This document shows, piece after piece, positions 1 through 11,418 of a DNA stretch of 64,000 nucleotides. The stretch's first letter is position 1. The number at the start of each line of letters is the position of its first letter. Source of the stretch: the human T2T-CHM13v2.0 reference genome, Homo sapiens; NCBI RefSeq assembly GCF_009914755.1, contig NC_060932.1; one strand, written 5' to 3'. The notes below the pieces were generated by a model. It did not search any database. It worked only from the letters and a program-made list of their open reading frames with translations, and was not told the DNA's origin. The position numbers were made by a program, and so were the translations under genes.

Positions 1-258
1 GTGTGCATGTTGTTCCCTCGGCTTGGGTGTGTGTGTGTTGTTCCCTCAGCTTGGGTGTGTGTGTGTTGTTCCCTCAGCCTGAGTGTGTGTTGTTCTCTCA
101 GCTTGGGTGTGTGTGTGGTGCTCCCTCAGCCTGGGTGTGTGTGTGTTGTTCCCTCGGCTTGGGTGTGTGTGTGGTGCTCCCTCAGCCTGGGTGTGTGTGT
201 GTTGTTCCCTCGGCTTGGGTGTGTGTTGCTCCCTCAGCTTGGGTGTGTGTTGCTTGGT
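1..258. repeat. Minisatellite, ~24-28 bp unit (TTCCCTC[A/G]GC[T/C]TGGGTGTGTGTGTGTTG), ~9 copies, cut by the window start
   Basis: Unit recurs at about 13, 41, 69, 93, 121, 149, 177, 205 and 229; length varies with the number of GT dinucleotides. Confidence 0.93.
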
Positions 259-1269
259 TCAGTTGAGTGTGTGTATCTGTTTTGGGCCCAGTCTTGAGCT
301 CTGAGGCGTGTGTTTAAATTCCAGGGATCAAACTGCCCTCCTTCCTCTTTCCATCCCCGCCTTCCTTGGCTCTATTTTCTCCCCGGGAAGCGCTGAGATT
401 GACTGTTGCCACTGATTCCTTGCAGAGATGGACTTTCCCCCCTTTTCGTACCAGCCTCTTTGGTTGAGAGCTGTGGGACTCACACGTTCCCTAAATCTCC
501 TGCCCCTGGTGTCTTCTTGCCATTTCATAAATCTCAGCCTCATTCCCTCCGGCCTGGGAGGCCATGCCGCCTCCAAGGCGACCTCCTCTCGGGAGCTCCA
601 GGTATGGAACACACCATTCATCATGGAGATGCGGGAGGCGTCACAATTTCTCCTGCCAGGGAGCGTGGTCAGGCCCACAGTGGCCACACATCCAAGATGG
701 CGACACCCGCGGGTGGGCATAAGAGGGGGCATGGAGATCACAGCCACGCCTGGTCACGGGGACAGGTAGGTGGCGTGGCTCCCAGGTGTGGCTGAGGGCA
801 CCTGTGTCTGGTTCTCAAGGGGCCCCCATTGTGCAGGGAGACCCAAGCTGGTCCCCAGACGGCTCCCACACATGGAGGTACAGGCTGGGAAGGGGCACCC
901 AGGGCCTTGGAGCACGCTGAGGGTGGCGCCCTGCCCTGTCCTAGGCATGTGGCAGGACCATGAAGGGGATTTGCACTGTGAGCTGGGAGAAGGCACTGCA
1001 GGCTGAGGGACCAGTGTCTGCACAGGCAAGGTGGTGGGACAGCGGGGCAGCGTGTGTCATCAGCAGAATCCCCAGAGCCATGAGTGACAAAGCAGGCATG
1101 TGGAGCTTACCTTCTGGTGCACATGTGCATACGTGTTTTCATGCACATGAGGGTGTGTGTGCATGTGTGCAGGGGTGTGTATGTGTGACAAAGCATATGA
1201 AACATTGTAATCAAGGCCTTCTAGAGCAAGCTGGACAAGAGGAGAAAGGAAAAGCTGAGAGGAATGAGG

Positions 1270-1745
1270 GGGATGTGGAACTGAGGGTGAAGAGGGGTCT
1301 GGGTAGCCTCCTTGAGCAGGGAGCTCTGAGCAGAAACGTGAAGGAGGTGTGGGAGAGCCCAGTTCCCACAGGGGGAACGGTGCTGCAGGGGCCCCAAGGC
1401 AGGGGCGGGCAGGGGTCCCAGGAGCAGAACGGAGCCCAGTGTAGCTGGAGCAGAGTGAGCCAGGGGACATGCACTGTGGTGTGGAATCCGGTTTTACTTT
1501 GAGTGGGTCAGGGGCCACACAGGGAGGGACAGGGTGTGACCTGGGCTTTAACAGGACCTATGGCTATGGTGGGGTCCGTGGCCGTGAGAACAGAAAAACT
1601 TGGCTGGGACCTGGGTGTGCCTTGAGGGAGAAGCCAACAGAATTTGCTGCCAGACCGGATGCTGGGGCTTGTGGTGTGTTGGACAAAGGTGACATGTCAG
1701 GGTGGCTGTGACAGGGAGCAGGGGTCCAGATCCTGTGGCTGGGTG
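1270..1745 (-). mobile_element. LINE L2 fragment
   Basis: Reverse-orientation L2-like motifs: CAGTGTAGCTGGAGCAGAGTGAG, TTTTACTTTGAGTG, GGGTGTGACCTGGGCTTTAACAGGA, AGAATTTGCTGCCAGACCGGATG. Confidence 0.6.
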
Positions 1746-1794
1746 ATGAGGGTTTCTCCCACTCCATCACGTAATGACAGAGACCATGGATGCT

Positions 1795-2275
1795 TCCCAC
1801 TTCCAAATAGGCTGCAACAATCTTTCCCATGCCACATGCTCTTTTGCCATGTGGCTTTGCCATTCCTCCCAGAGAGAGGTTGAGTCTGTGTCCCCATCCC
1901 CTGCACCCCAGTGGCCTTGTGATGAGGGCAGAGATGATGCTAGGTCACTTCTTGGGCTGGGTCACAGAAGGTGGTAAGCTTCTGCCTTGCTCTCAGAGGA
2001 CATTTACACTTAGGACCCAGCTGCCATGTTGTAAGGAACCCAAGTCGCCCGTGGTGAGGCCCATGTGGAGAAAAGCCAAGGCCCAGGGCTCACAGCCCTG
2101 GTTGAGCTGCCAGCCACTTGAGTGAGCCACGTAAAAAGGAAGTCCTCCGGCACCACTCTAGCTGCTCTCATGGCACAGATGAGCCATCCTTGCAGGGCCC
2201 TGCCCATCTTGCAGATTCATGAGCACCTGGTTGTCTTCTGAAGTCACTAGATTCTGGGTAATTTGTTATACGAGG
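1795..2275 (+). mobile_element. MaLR LTR, MLT1 family (MLT1G/H-like)
   Basis: GCCATTCCTCCC...GAGGTTGAGTCT, CCCAGCTGCCATGTTGTAAGGAA, TGCAGATTCATGAGCA and the terminal GAAGTCACTAGATTCTGGGTAATTTGTTATAC resemble MLT1 LTRs. Confidence 0.72.
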
Positions 2276-2711
2276 CGAGAGGTCAGCTGAGTGTCCGGAG
2301 AAGTCCCAGGTCTGAGGTTTCCCTTTAGTGTTCATCTGCTGTGCTAAGCTCCAGACTTCCCAGTCTGGGCCTCCCTCCTCAGTGTCCCTTTGTCCCCAGA
2401 AGTGCCCGGAGGCCATTTAGGAAATACTGGGGGAGTGTGGACAGGTTTCTGCGTGTGTAGCTTGGAGAAGTTCTGTGGAGGAAGACAGCCCTTGGGCCCC
2501 GGAGCTGTTAGCTTTTGCTGACCCTGTTTTCTCATCTCTAAGAGTGCTAACGGCCACCACAGCTGGCATTTTTGGAGCCTCCCCACCCTGCCGTGTACCC
2601 TCCTAAACCCTTGTCATGCACTCATGAGTGGTTCTTTCTAGTGCTAATGTTCCAGAGCCCAGATCTCACCCTGTCCGCATGGCCGCCCTGAGCAGTAAGC
2701 ACTGCTTTGAC

Positions 2712-2790
2712 ACCATTTTACAGATGAGGACACTGAGGCCCCAGTGAGTCACAAGTGGCAGAGCCAGGGCATGGCCTCATGTTGTCTCAC
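2712..2790 (-). mobile_element. MIR SINE fragment
   Basis: CCATTTTACAGATGAGGACACTGAGGC is the reverse-complemented MIR core. Confidence 0.65.
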
Positions 2791-3059
2791 TGCGAGTCCT
2801 GCTCTTGGCCTCCACTCCCTAGAAGAGGCCCCTCAGGTCCTGCACAGTGCCCCCCATGCTGTGCCAGCACGGTGGGATCTACCCCTGGGGTTCCATCCTG
2901 TAGGCCTGTCTGCAGCGCACGGGGCCTTCAGGCTCCAGAGCAGAGGGGGCCATGGCCCTGAACCCTAGCACACGTGTCTCCCTGGTGTTCTGGCTCCGAG
3001 GCGCCTGGGGAACCTCAGAGAGGCAGATCCGAGCCTCCTGCACATCCCCGCATGGGAGC

Positions 3060-3165
3060 CAAAGACCAGAGACCTGGTTCTAATCTCGGCCCCTGCACAT
3101 GCTCTTCCTGAAGCATTACTAACTTCCCTAAGCCTCAGTTTTCTCACCTGAGCAATGGCGCTAGA
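3060..3165 (+). mobile_element. MIR SINE fragment
   Basis: CCTGGTTCTAATCTCGGC...AACTTCCCTAAGCCTCAGTTTTCTCACCTG. Confidence 0.55.
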
Positions 3166-3649
3166 GGCTGAGAGCTGCTTGGTTGTGGGGAGCAGACTCA
3201 AGGTGACTAAGCACCCAGCCCAGCACCGGCCCAGAGCAGGCACAGGGCCGGGCCTTCAGGGGTTATCTGAAAGCGAGAGGCGCTCTCTCCCTCGGCACCC
3301 AGCTCCCTCAGCCGACTCTACATAGAATCATTCTTCCTCCGCTTCTCTGTGGTGACATTTAATCTATGCAGGGGCTGGCGGATGCTTTATTTCTGGAGCT
3401 GGCTTTGATTTGGGGAGGGTATTGTTAGCTATGTCCCTTGGGAGTAGATTTAGGAGCAAATATTACTGTTTCTTCTCAGAGGCATCTAGGAGCCTCTTGC
3501 AGACGCCTCCTTCCAGCAGTGAGATCCTAGACATTGTTTGTTTGGGTCCCTGCCAGAGTGGGGAGCCTGGCTCATTCTCTCTAAGTAGAAGGAAGCAGGG
3601 GGTCTAGAAAGCACCTAGCCTGGGGGCTTCCTGCCCTGCTCCACCCAGG

Positions 3650-3710
3650 CACGCTGGGTGATCTTAGGGATGCCCATCCCTCTCCCTGGCCTCAGTTTCC
3701 CCAGCTGTAG
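3650..3710 (+). mobile_element. MIR SINE fragment
   Basis: GCTGGGTGATCTTAGG...GGCCTCAGTTTCCCCAGCTGTA. Confidence 0.5.
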
Positions 3711-3824
3711 GTGTGTGAGGGCAAATGACAAGGTCCCTCCTGGCCCAGCTGCTTGGGTGGAGCTGACCCTCGGGGAGGAGGACAAAGAGCTACACTTCCC
3801 TGCAGCTGATCTGGGGGTGGTGTG

Positions 3825-3852
3825 ATTTGCATATTATTTGCATGAATATGCA
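3825..3852. promoter_or_regulatory. Clustered POU/octamer motifs (candidate enhancer core)
   Basis: ATTTGCAT at 3825-3832 and 3836-3843, overlapping the MORE-like ATGAATATGCA at 3842-3852. Motif evidence only. Confidence 0.4.
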
Positions 3853-5466
3853 GGCAGATTTCATAAAGGCCTAAGCTCCAGGCATTTAAGAAAATTCCAA
3901 CAAACAGATTCCGGCAGAATGCCTACCATTGTCCTGTCCCCAAAGGCAGCTTTTCTGAGGACCGTATTCCCGCATCCCCTCACGGGGTCCCTCATCTAAG
4001 ACTCAGGAGGAGGCTGGGGAGGGGTGTTAGCGTCTCCTTCCTTGGTTGGGCTCCAGACAGGCCTCAGGACTTCCCAAGGCTTGTCCAGTGGGAGGAGGAG
4101 ATTCCTGGACAAGGTCAGGGCGCCCTGGGGGAGCTCCCATTCTGGCAGACCTCCTTTGGCAGCCCAAGAGTTTAGCCCCGTGCCTCCCCTGAGAGAAAGA
4201 GAGATGGGCCCTTTAATTCGAGTCAAAGCTGCTCTCCTGATCTCCCCCTCCCTCCCTCCCTCCCTCTCTCTCTCTCTCCCCTGCTCTCCCTCCAGCTTGG
4301 GGAGGGCCCTCCTTCCATGGAGGATCTGAGCCTGGAGTCTGGATTCCCCTCACCCCACCCACCACCCTGCCTTGTCAATTTTTCCCCCTAAATAGCTCTC
4401 CCACTTCACATTGTGAAGCTGATCATAGCACACCCCCGCCCGGCAAAAAAAAAAAAAAAGCCCAAACCAAAAACCCAGACACGCAATGGCTTCTCTTCGC
4501 TCTTGGAATAAAGACAAAACCCTTTCATGTAGGTCCGCAAGGCTCCTTCCGGCTTCCGCCACCGCCACATCCCCAGTTCCAGCTGCGGCCTGTGTCCTCC
4601 CTTCCACATGCTCTGTTCCCCGCCGATGGCATGCAGTTCCCAGTCCCTCTCCCCTGCCCAGCTGGGTCAGGCCCCATCAGAGTTGCTCCCAGGGCCTGCT
4701 CCCTCCACAGAGGTTTGACGTTGGTTGGTGAGCAGCTGTGCCTGACCCCTGCAGGACCAATCGTGGCCGTGGGGTGGGAGCCAGGCCGGCCTTCTGCTCC
4801 CCTTTAGGGCCGGTGCGCAGTAGGCGCTCACTGAATGAATGCACGTGTGACTGTCTGCACCACTCTTGCTTTTGTGTCAGGCGCCCACGTAGACCGTGGG
4901 CTCCCTTAACCAGGGCTGGGTCTCTCCTCCCATGTTGGTCCGGGCGGGGCAGAGTGCATACTAGGGTGGGCCGGAGGGAGCCTCTCTGGGCTCTTCATAC
5001 ACCCCGACAGGAACCATGGGCATGGCAGTGGCTTCCTGTCTTCATCAGCATGGGGGCACAGGCTTTCAGAGGCATTTGTTCTAATGGCTGTATTTGGCTG
5101 TATGGTGTCCTGTTCCGATGCCGGCAACTCTGGCAGAAGATGCTGCTCCGAAGAGGGCCGAAAACACCCGGCATGGTGGCTGGGGCGGGGGGTGGGGGAA
5201 GGAGGAGGCCTTGTGGGGGTCTCCACCATCAATTCCCCCTTTTCTTTCTTAGCTCCTGCAATCCATCACCCCACACCTCTGAGTCCTGGCAGAGTGGGTG
5301 AGTGTGGTCTCCCAGCCCTGTTCCAGACTCCCATAACACAGTCCCCACCAGGCAGCCGGAGGGCTGGGTCCCGCTGCCCGTAGGACAGAGACGGCTCCTT
5401 GCTGGGCCAGTGATGCCCTATGTGCTCAGTGCCTACAGCCCTGCAGCCTCGACTCTCTCTGCCTCC

Positions 5467-5730
5467 TTCTTTAGAGACAGGTCGTGCTCTGTTGCCCAGG
5501 CTGGAATGCAGTGGTGCAATTGTAGCTCACTGCAGCCTTGACATCCTGGGCTCCCGAGTAGCTGGGACCATAGGCACAAGCCACCAAACCCAGATAATTA
5601 AAAAAAAAATTTTATAGAGACAGTGTCACCAGGTTGCCCAGGCTGGTCCCAAACTCCTGGCCTCAAGGGATCCTCCTGCCTCGGCCTCCCGAAGTGTTGG
5701 GATTACAGGCGTGAGCCACTGAGCCTGACC
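5467..5730 (-). mobile_element. AluJ with a small internal deletion
   Basis: GAGACAGG...GCCCAGGCTGGAATGCAGTGG...GGATTACAGGCGTGAGCCAC; J-type TAGCTCACTGCAGCC and CTGGGCTC; about 25 bp missing after CTGGGCTC. Confidence 0.95.
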
Positions 5731-7207
5731 TCCTATTTCTTGACTGTGTTCGCCGTCTCCCGTGTGGGCCTCTACACAGGCTGTTCCTTCAGCCTGGGAG
5801 GCTCTTCCCTACCCATCTCCGCCTCCTAATTCAGGCCTGACCTGCCCTCACTTTCCTGGGGGTCTGCTTGCTTCTACTGGAGCTCGCTAGTTCCATTGAC
5901 CTCAGCTCTTCAGCTGCAGGCTGCATGAGCCTGGGGCTCTCTGGCAGGCACTGCCTCAGAGGTTGCAGCTCCCACTCACTCAGTGGCTATTCCTGACTCA
6001 GAACTCGTACTTCTCACACCTTCCACGGCCTGAGGACTCTCCTCTGAGGCAGGAGCACTGCAGAGCCTCCTTCCTCCTCCCCCTTGGCCTCCGTCTCTTC
6101 CATCCCTACAGCAGGAGCTCTCACTGGCCCCACCAGGCGGGTGAAAGGCCAGTCTTAGAACACAGCACAGGTACGTTGCCACAGCCATGCCCTTGAACTG
6201 CGCCCCTCCAGGCTCCCTTGCCCTTAGGTCATGGTTGGGTTTGGCGTTGGGAGGCCCTGGCAGGAGATTGGGGGTGGGAGGAGAAAGAGGTCTGCGGTTT
6301 CTTTCCACGGCCATGCCAGCTCCAGCTGTGGTTGTGTGGCAGTGGCTTCCTCCACCTGACCCCTAGACCCTGCCGACCCTGCCCTCTGGCTCTGGCAGAG
6401 TCTCAATGCCTGCTCTCCCGCCCAGCCCCTGTGCCACAGGCGGGTCCCGACTCCTGCCACCGCCACTCTCTAGGTGACTCGGTGTCCCTTGCTGGGGTCC
6501 TTAGCCCTGCCCGTCCTCTGTGAGACTCCTCCCTTAGAGTCTCCTCAGTGACCCGTGACTGTGTCCTCTCGCTCCCGTCAGGACCCCAGCCCAGGTGCCC
6601 ACCGCATTGCTGTGCCACCTGGGGCTTCCTCCCTCTCTGAGCCTGCAGCCTGGAGCTGGTTTTCTGGAAGCTTCCTCTGTCCCCCTTCTTGGGTGCTCTG
6701 TGATGTGTGATGCGGCCTGGCTGCCAGGGGTTGGGGGTCGCTCCCCCATGGTCAACTCTGGGCTGAGAAAGCTTTCCCCTGGGCAGAGGGGGTCGGTCTC
6801 AGGAAATGAGTGGCGCGGTCACACAGCTGAGGCCTGTAAGCTGCTGCTCCTGAAGCTGGGACGTGAGAAGAGGCAGGCTTGGGGCTGGGCTTGCTGAGCC
6901 TCGGGGGAGTCCGCTGGAATGATCACGCTGTCCCCTCCTCTGGATGTCCCATTTCTGGCTCTTTCTCCAGGTGAGCTCAGCCTTCAAGGTCAAACATGCA
7001 GACCTCCAGGAGGGCTGTTGGGGAGCAGAGTGTGGCCTGGCCTGGGAGAGCTCAGCTTGGGTTCCAGCCTTCTGCCTCCAGGATGTGCTGCTGTGCAGCC
7101 CTGGGAGGTCCTCTGACCATTTCTGAACCTTTTCTTTCTGCACCAGCTCACCGGGAGGTGCTCACAAGGAGAGCAGTCACTCATGGGGAGTAGTCAAGGT
7201 CAAAGGT

Positions 7208-7400
7208 AGGGCTTGGCTAGCCTTTTCTGGAAAGGCCCAGAGAGTAAATATTTCAGGCTTCATGGCTCACATGGTCTCTGTTGCAGCTGCTCGACTCTGC
7301 CATTGTAGTGCAAAAGCAGTCACAGTCAATACAGAAATGAGTATGCATGACTGTTTCAATAAAGCTTTATTTATAAAAACAGACAGCGGGCTGGATGGGA
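7208..7400. mobile_element. MER58A (hAT-Charlie DNA transposon fossil)
   Basis: AGTAAATATTTCAGGCTT...GGTCTCTGTTGCAGCTGCTCGACTCTGCCATTGTAGTGCAAAAGCAG...CAATAAAGCTTTATTTATAAAAACAG matches the MER58A consensus as recalled. Confidence 0.85.
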
Positions 7401-8430
7401 TCGGCAGGCTATGGGATGCTGACTGGTCAACAGGAAAGAAAATCCCTTTGTGCGTGCTCAGATCCTGGAGAAATGAACATCATCATTAGAAAGTCTTGCC
7501 ATGACCTTGTCAACAGCACCGATTTCTCTCTCATGAACAAACTCAGTCGTAGGGAGGCGGTCAGGGAGGGCTTCCTAGAGGAGGTGATGTCTGAGGCTAC
7601 CTTGAAATAGGAGGTGACACCTAGAGGCTGGAGGGGGAAGGGGATCCCAGTTGAAGAACTTTACTCTGTTAAAGGAGGAGTGGTGGCAGAGGGGAAGGTG
7701 CTGCAATTTGTAAACTTGAGAGTGAACGGGCTGTCAAAGTCCCAAAACCATGATAAATGCCCCTGAGCTTCCAGCGTGGGCCCACGTGCTCCTGAGTGAT
7801 GGTGATTTACGATGGCTGAGAGTTTTCTTAAGCAAGTGGTTTTCGGAGGAAAAAGAAAGGTCACAGCACGTCAGGCCTTACACATCTTATCTTGTTCTCC
7901 ACCAGCCATAAATTCCCTTTGAATGCAGCAGAGCCCGACGAAGGTGTTGGCTGCCAGGGGATGGACATTAATATCAAATAAACAAAGGCAGCGATCGCAT
8001 ACCTGGCTGAGCAGGGAATGCCGTTATGTTATTATTCTGGGGGTTGGCTACAGGGGCGGGCCCATGAGGGTGGCTGCCAGTGGAGCCCAAGTGCGAGATG
8101 AGAAATCTCAAGCTGAGCTGGAGGAAGTGGCTGTGCTGGGGGCTCTGGGGCACAGGTGGGGAAAAGGCAGGTGAGGCTGGCTGGCCTGAGGAGGGAGGGC
8201 AGCCTGGCCTGGCATCTGCAGGTGGTGGAGACTTGGTCCTGGTCCTGGCTGCAGCCAGGCACCCTCTACACATGCAGGTGTGAGCAGGCCTGCTCTACTT
8301 CTTCTGGGCTGTGTGGTTCTGGACAGCTTGCGCACCCTCTCTGGGCCTCCTATTCCTTAACCATCTACCCCTCACTGCCACCGGAAGTTCACTGCTACAG
8401 AAGGGCAGAGATAGCACACCTGGACCTCAG

Positions 8431-8711
8431 GCCCCTGGCCCCGAGACACCTGCACCAGTGACCCCTGGCCCCGAGACCCCTGCACCAGTGACCCCTGGCC
8501 CCGAGACCCCTGCACCAGTGACCCCTGGCCCCGAGACCCCTGCACCCGTGACCTCTGGCCCCGAGACACCTGCACCCGTGACCTCTGGCCCCGGGACACC
8601 TGCACCAGTGACCTCTGGCCCCGGGACACCTGCACCAGTGACCTCTGGCCCCGGGACAACTGCACCAGTGACCCCTGGCCTAAGGATACCTACACCAGTG
8701 ACCTTTGGCCC
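8431..8711. repeat. 30-bp minisatellite (ACCCCTGGCCCCGAGACCCCTGCACCAGTG), ~9.3 copies
   Basis: Exact 30-bp period from 8431 to 8701 with point variants. Confidence 0.97.
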
Positions 8712-9090
8712 TGTTGCTTGCCCTTTGCCCCTCCCTCCTGAGATGGAACCTGGAGCCTGGAGCCAGGGCCTGGATGTGGGTTGCACTGGGGGACTTGGTC
8801 TCTCTGTGCCTGTTTCCTTGGCTATAATGTGGGGTTGTGATGGCACTGACCTGGTAGGCTGTATCATACGTGCCTGGAGCCCAGCACGCACATATGTGTT
8901 AGCTGTTTAGCTGTTGTTTTTGTCAAGCAATGTGTTTGTTTTCACTTAATGACGTGGTGAAGATGAAAAATTTAATTCTTCAGAGCAGATACTCATTGAG
9001 TGTCCTTCTGAAAAAAGCACTGCTGTTTGAATTATTCGGGTCTGTTTGGATACAAACACAGTCTTTCTCTGCCTTTCCCTACCCTCCTTC

Positions 9091-9548
9091 TGAGGTAGGA
9101 GGCAGGACTCAACTCCAGAGGCAGGACCACACTGAGGACTAGCTAAAACAGGGAGCGGGTGGAAGCTGCTTTCCCTGAGACATGCCCACCAGTGCGCCTG
9201 TCAGTTTACCATTGCCATGGCAGTGCCTGGGAGTGACCGCCCCTTTCCATGGCGATGACCCAAGACCCAAAATTCCCACCCTTTTCCTAGACATTTCTGC
9301 AGAAACCGTCCTTTAATCTGCATGCAGTTAAAAGTGGGTATAACTGTGACTGCTGAACTGCCGTGGGCTGCTGCTCCCTGCCTTCGGGGAGCCTGCTCCG
9401 CAGGAGCCACCTCGGAGCTGTGACCTGAGCTGCTGCGTCAGGAAAACTCTTCCCTTCTACCTCTGGCTGGCCCTTGGGTTCTTTCCTGGGTGAAGCCAAG
9501 AACCCTTGCTGGCTAAGCCCCACTTTGGGGCTAACTTGCCTTGTGTTG
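9091..9548 (+). mobile_element. MER66-family ERV1 solo LTR with 4-bp target-site duplication
   Basis: Starts TGAGGTAGGAGGCAGGACTCAACTCC...GAGGACTAGCTAAAACAGGG; contains GTCAGTTTACCATTGCCATGGC and GAAGCCAAGAACCCT; flanked by CTTC at 9087-9090 and 9549-9552. Confidence 0.85.
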
Positions 9549-11074
9549 CTTCCACCACCAACACAAAGAGAGCCTGTGCAGACAAACGCCCACTTATTAC
9601 TTGCCGATTGTCTCTAAGATGTCATACGTAGTATGTGACTGTATGTACGTGTACAGATATTATATAATATTATCTACATATCTACACTTAGCTTCTTCAT
9701 GCGGTATTTTGATACCCAGCTGATGCTGGCACTTATGCTGAAGGTAGGGAGGAGGGAGAGGAGGAGGAGGGAGGGAGGAGGGGAGAAAGAGGATGACAGA
9801 GCACAGGAGTGAGAGCGAGAGCGTGTGAGCTGAGGGAGGTGCTGGGGAACATAGTACCTTTCCTGTGTGTGTTACACTGGGGTTTAATCAGATTTTGCTT
9901 CCTCAACACCCAGGAGGAGCGAAGGGCAACTCCAGTGGTGTTAATGGTGGAGACGATTTGGGAACACAGGGCCCTGGTGTTGCCTTATAGATCTCCGTGC
10001 CTAGAGGGTCCTGTGACGGGCGTGGGGCAGCCAGAGGGCAGCTTGGGAGCTCCTGCCCTGCTGGGCTGGTCGGTGGACAGGCTGTGTGGGGAGGCCACCG
10101 TGGGCCCGCCTGAAGGAATTTCAGAGACAGTCTGGTTTGATTCGGCCACGTTGGACACACCCCCATTCGGAACGGTGGCTTACTGGAAGGCAGCTGTCTC
10201 CTCAGGGTGACCGTCAGCTCCTGAAAGAATCGGTCCATGGCATAGCTTCTCATGCCCAAAGTCTCAGCCTCAGCAGGCGGGTTTGGGGCCTTAGGGAACA
10301 TGGGACAAACCCACAGCGAGATGAGCGAGAACCTAAGTTCTGCCGCTTCACACAAGGCGCAGCTGGGCCGTCAGAGTCTCGCAGCTCCCGGGTGTGAAAT
10401 GGAGACCTTATCTCTGTCTTCTCACCCCCTCTAACCCCCCAACCCCCGGGGGAAAACGATCGATCCCTCTCTTGGTCCGGTTGTGCCTTCAGTTCCCCCA
10501 TCCTCACCATTTTCAGTGAATAAAACCCCGAGCCTTCAAGGCTACGGTGTCCCTAGGGGCCCCCAGCCCTGGCATAATGCCTGGCACATTGCAGGCTCTC
10601 GTACGAGCTCCCTGGAGAAGGAGAAGAGGCGTGAGAGATGACGGGGAGGGGGCCTTGGCCTCCTCTGGAGGCTGTAGGAATGTGGGTGGTTTCCCCCACC
10701 AAGCCCAGCACACAGGAGGCCCCCAATAAACGTGTGTCAGCGTGAGCTGGTGATGCGGCCAGACGGTACCGATCTCTTCTAATGGAGAGGGTGGGGGTTT
10801 CCCCACGTCGGGCAGCTAGGGGTGAGCAGAATCTCCGGGTTCTGAATGCACTTCCCCACAGGCTGGGGGCTGGGTCGGCCCTCCCAGATCCAGGGCCTCC
10901 ACAGCTGTCTTTCCTCTTCGGCGGGTCTGAGGCGCGTTCTTCAGGGAAGTTGGGCGTGGCGGTCTCTGTGAAAGTCCCGCTCAGGCCAGGAGGAACCAGC
11001 TGCTATCAATATCTGGCTTTGGGTTTTTGGAGAGGTAGCAGGTATCAGGGAAAGAGAGGGACTCTGTGGCCACC

Positions 11075-11170
11075 CAGGCATGGATTCAAGTCTTAGTTCT
11101 CTCCCTTCACAGCTGGGTGTCCTTGGGCAAGTATGCTGGCCTCTCTGAGCCTCAGTTTTCTTCTTCCCAG
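11075..11170 (+). mobile_element. MIR SINE fragment
   Basis: AGCTGGGTGTCCTTGGGCAAGT...CCTCTCTGAGCCTCAGTTTTCTT. Confidence 0.7.
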
Positions 11171-11214
11171 AAAGAAGCTCACACAGCCTGCTGGGACGGT
11201 TAGAAGAGACGGCC

Positions 11215-11418
11215 CAAATCGCCCTCTGCCTCTCCTGCAGTTAAGGATGCTTGTCCTTGGATTTAGGGCCCACTTGGATAATCCACAACGATTTCCTTAT
11301 TTCAAGATCCTGAAATTAATGACATCTTCAAAGGCCCCTTTTCAAAATAAGGTTTTTCACAGGCTCCAGGGGTTAGGGTTTTGCCATATCTTTTTTTAGG
11401 GCCACGCTTCAGCCTTCC
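11215..11418 (-). mobile_element. MaLR LTR fragment (MLT1C/D-like)
   Basis: TTGGATTTAGGGCCCAC...ATAATCCA...TCAAGATCCT...ACATCTTCAAAGGCCCCTTTTCAAAATAAGGT. Confidence 0.78.

Noticed and set aside
7450-7610. Possible exon (DPGEMNIIIRKSCHDLVNSTDF)
   Set aside because: No recognisable protein, weak acceptor, no clear donor, and it runs into L2-like sequence.
8311-8910. Mucin-like 199-aa ORF (PETPAPVTPG repeats)
   Set aside because: The open frame is explained by a 30-bp stop-free VNTR; the N-terminus overlaps MIR-like sequence and there is no signal peptide or convincing exon boundary.
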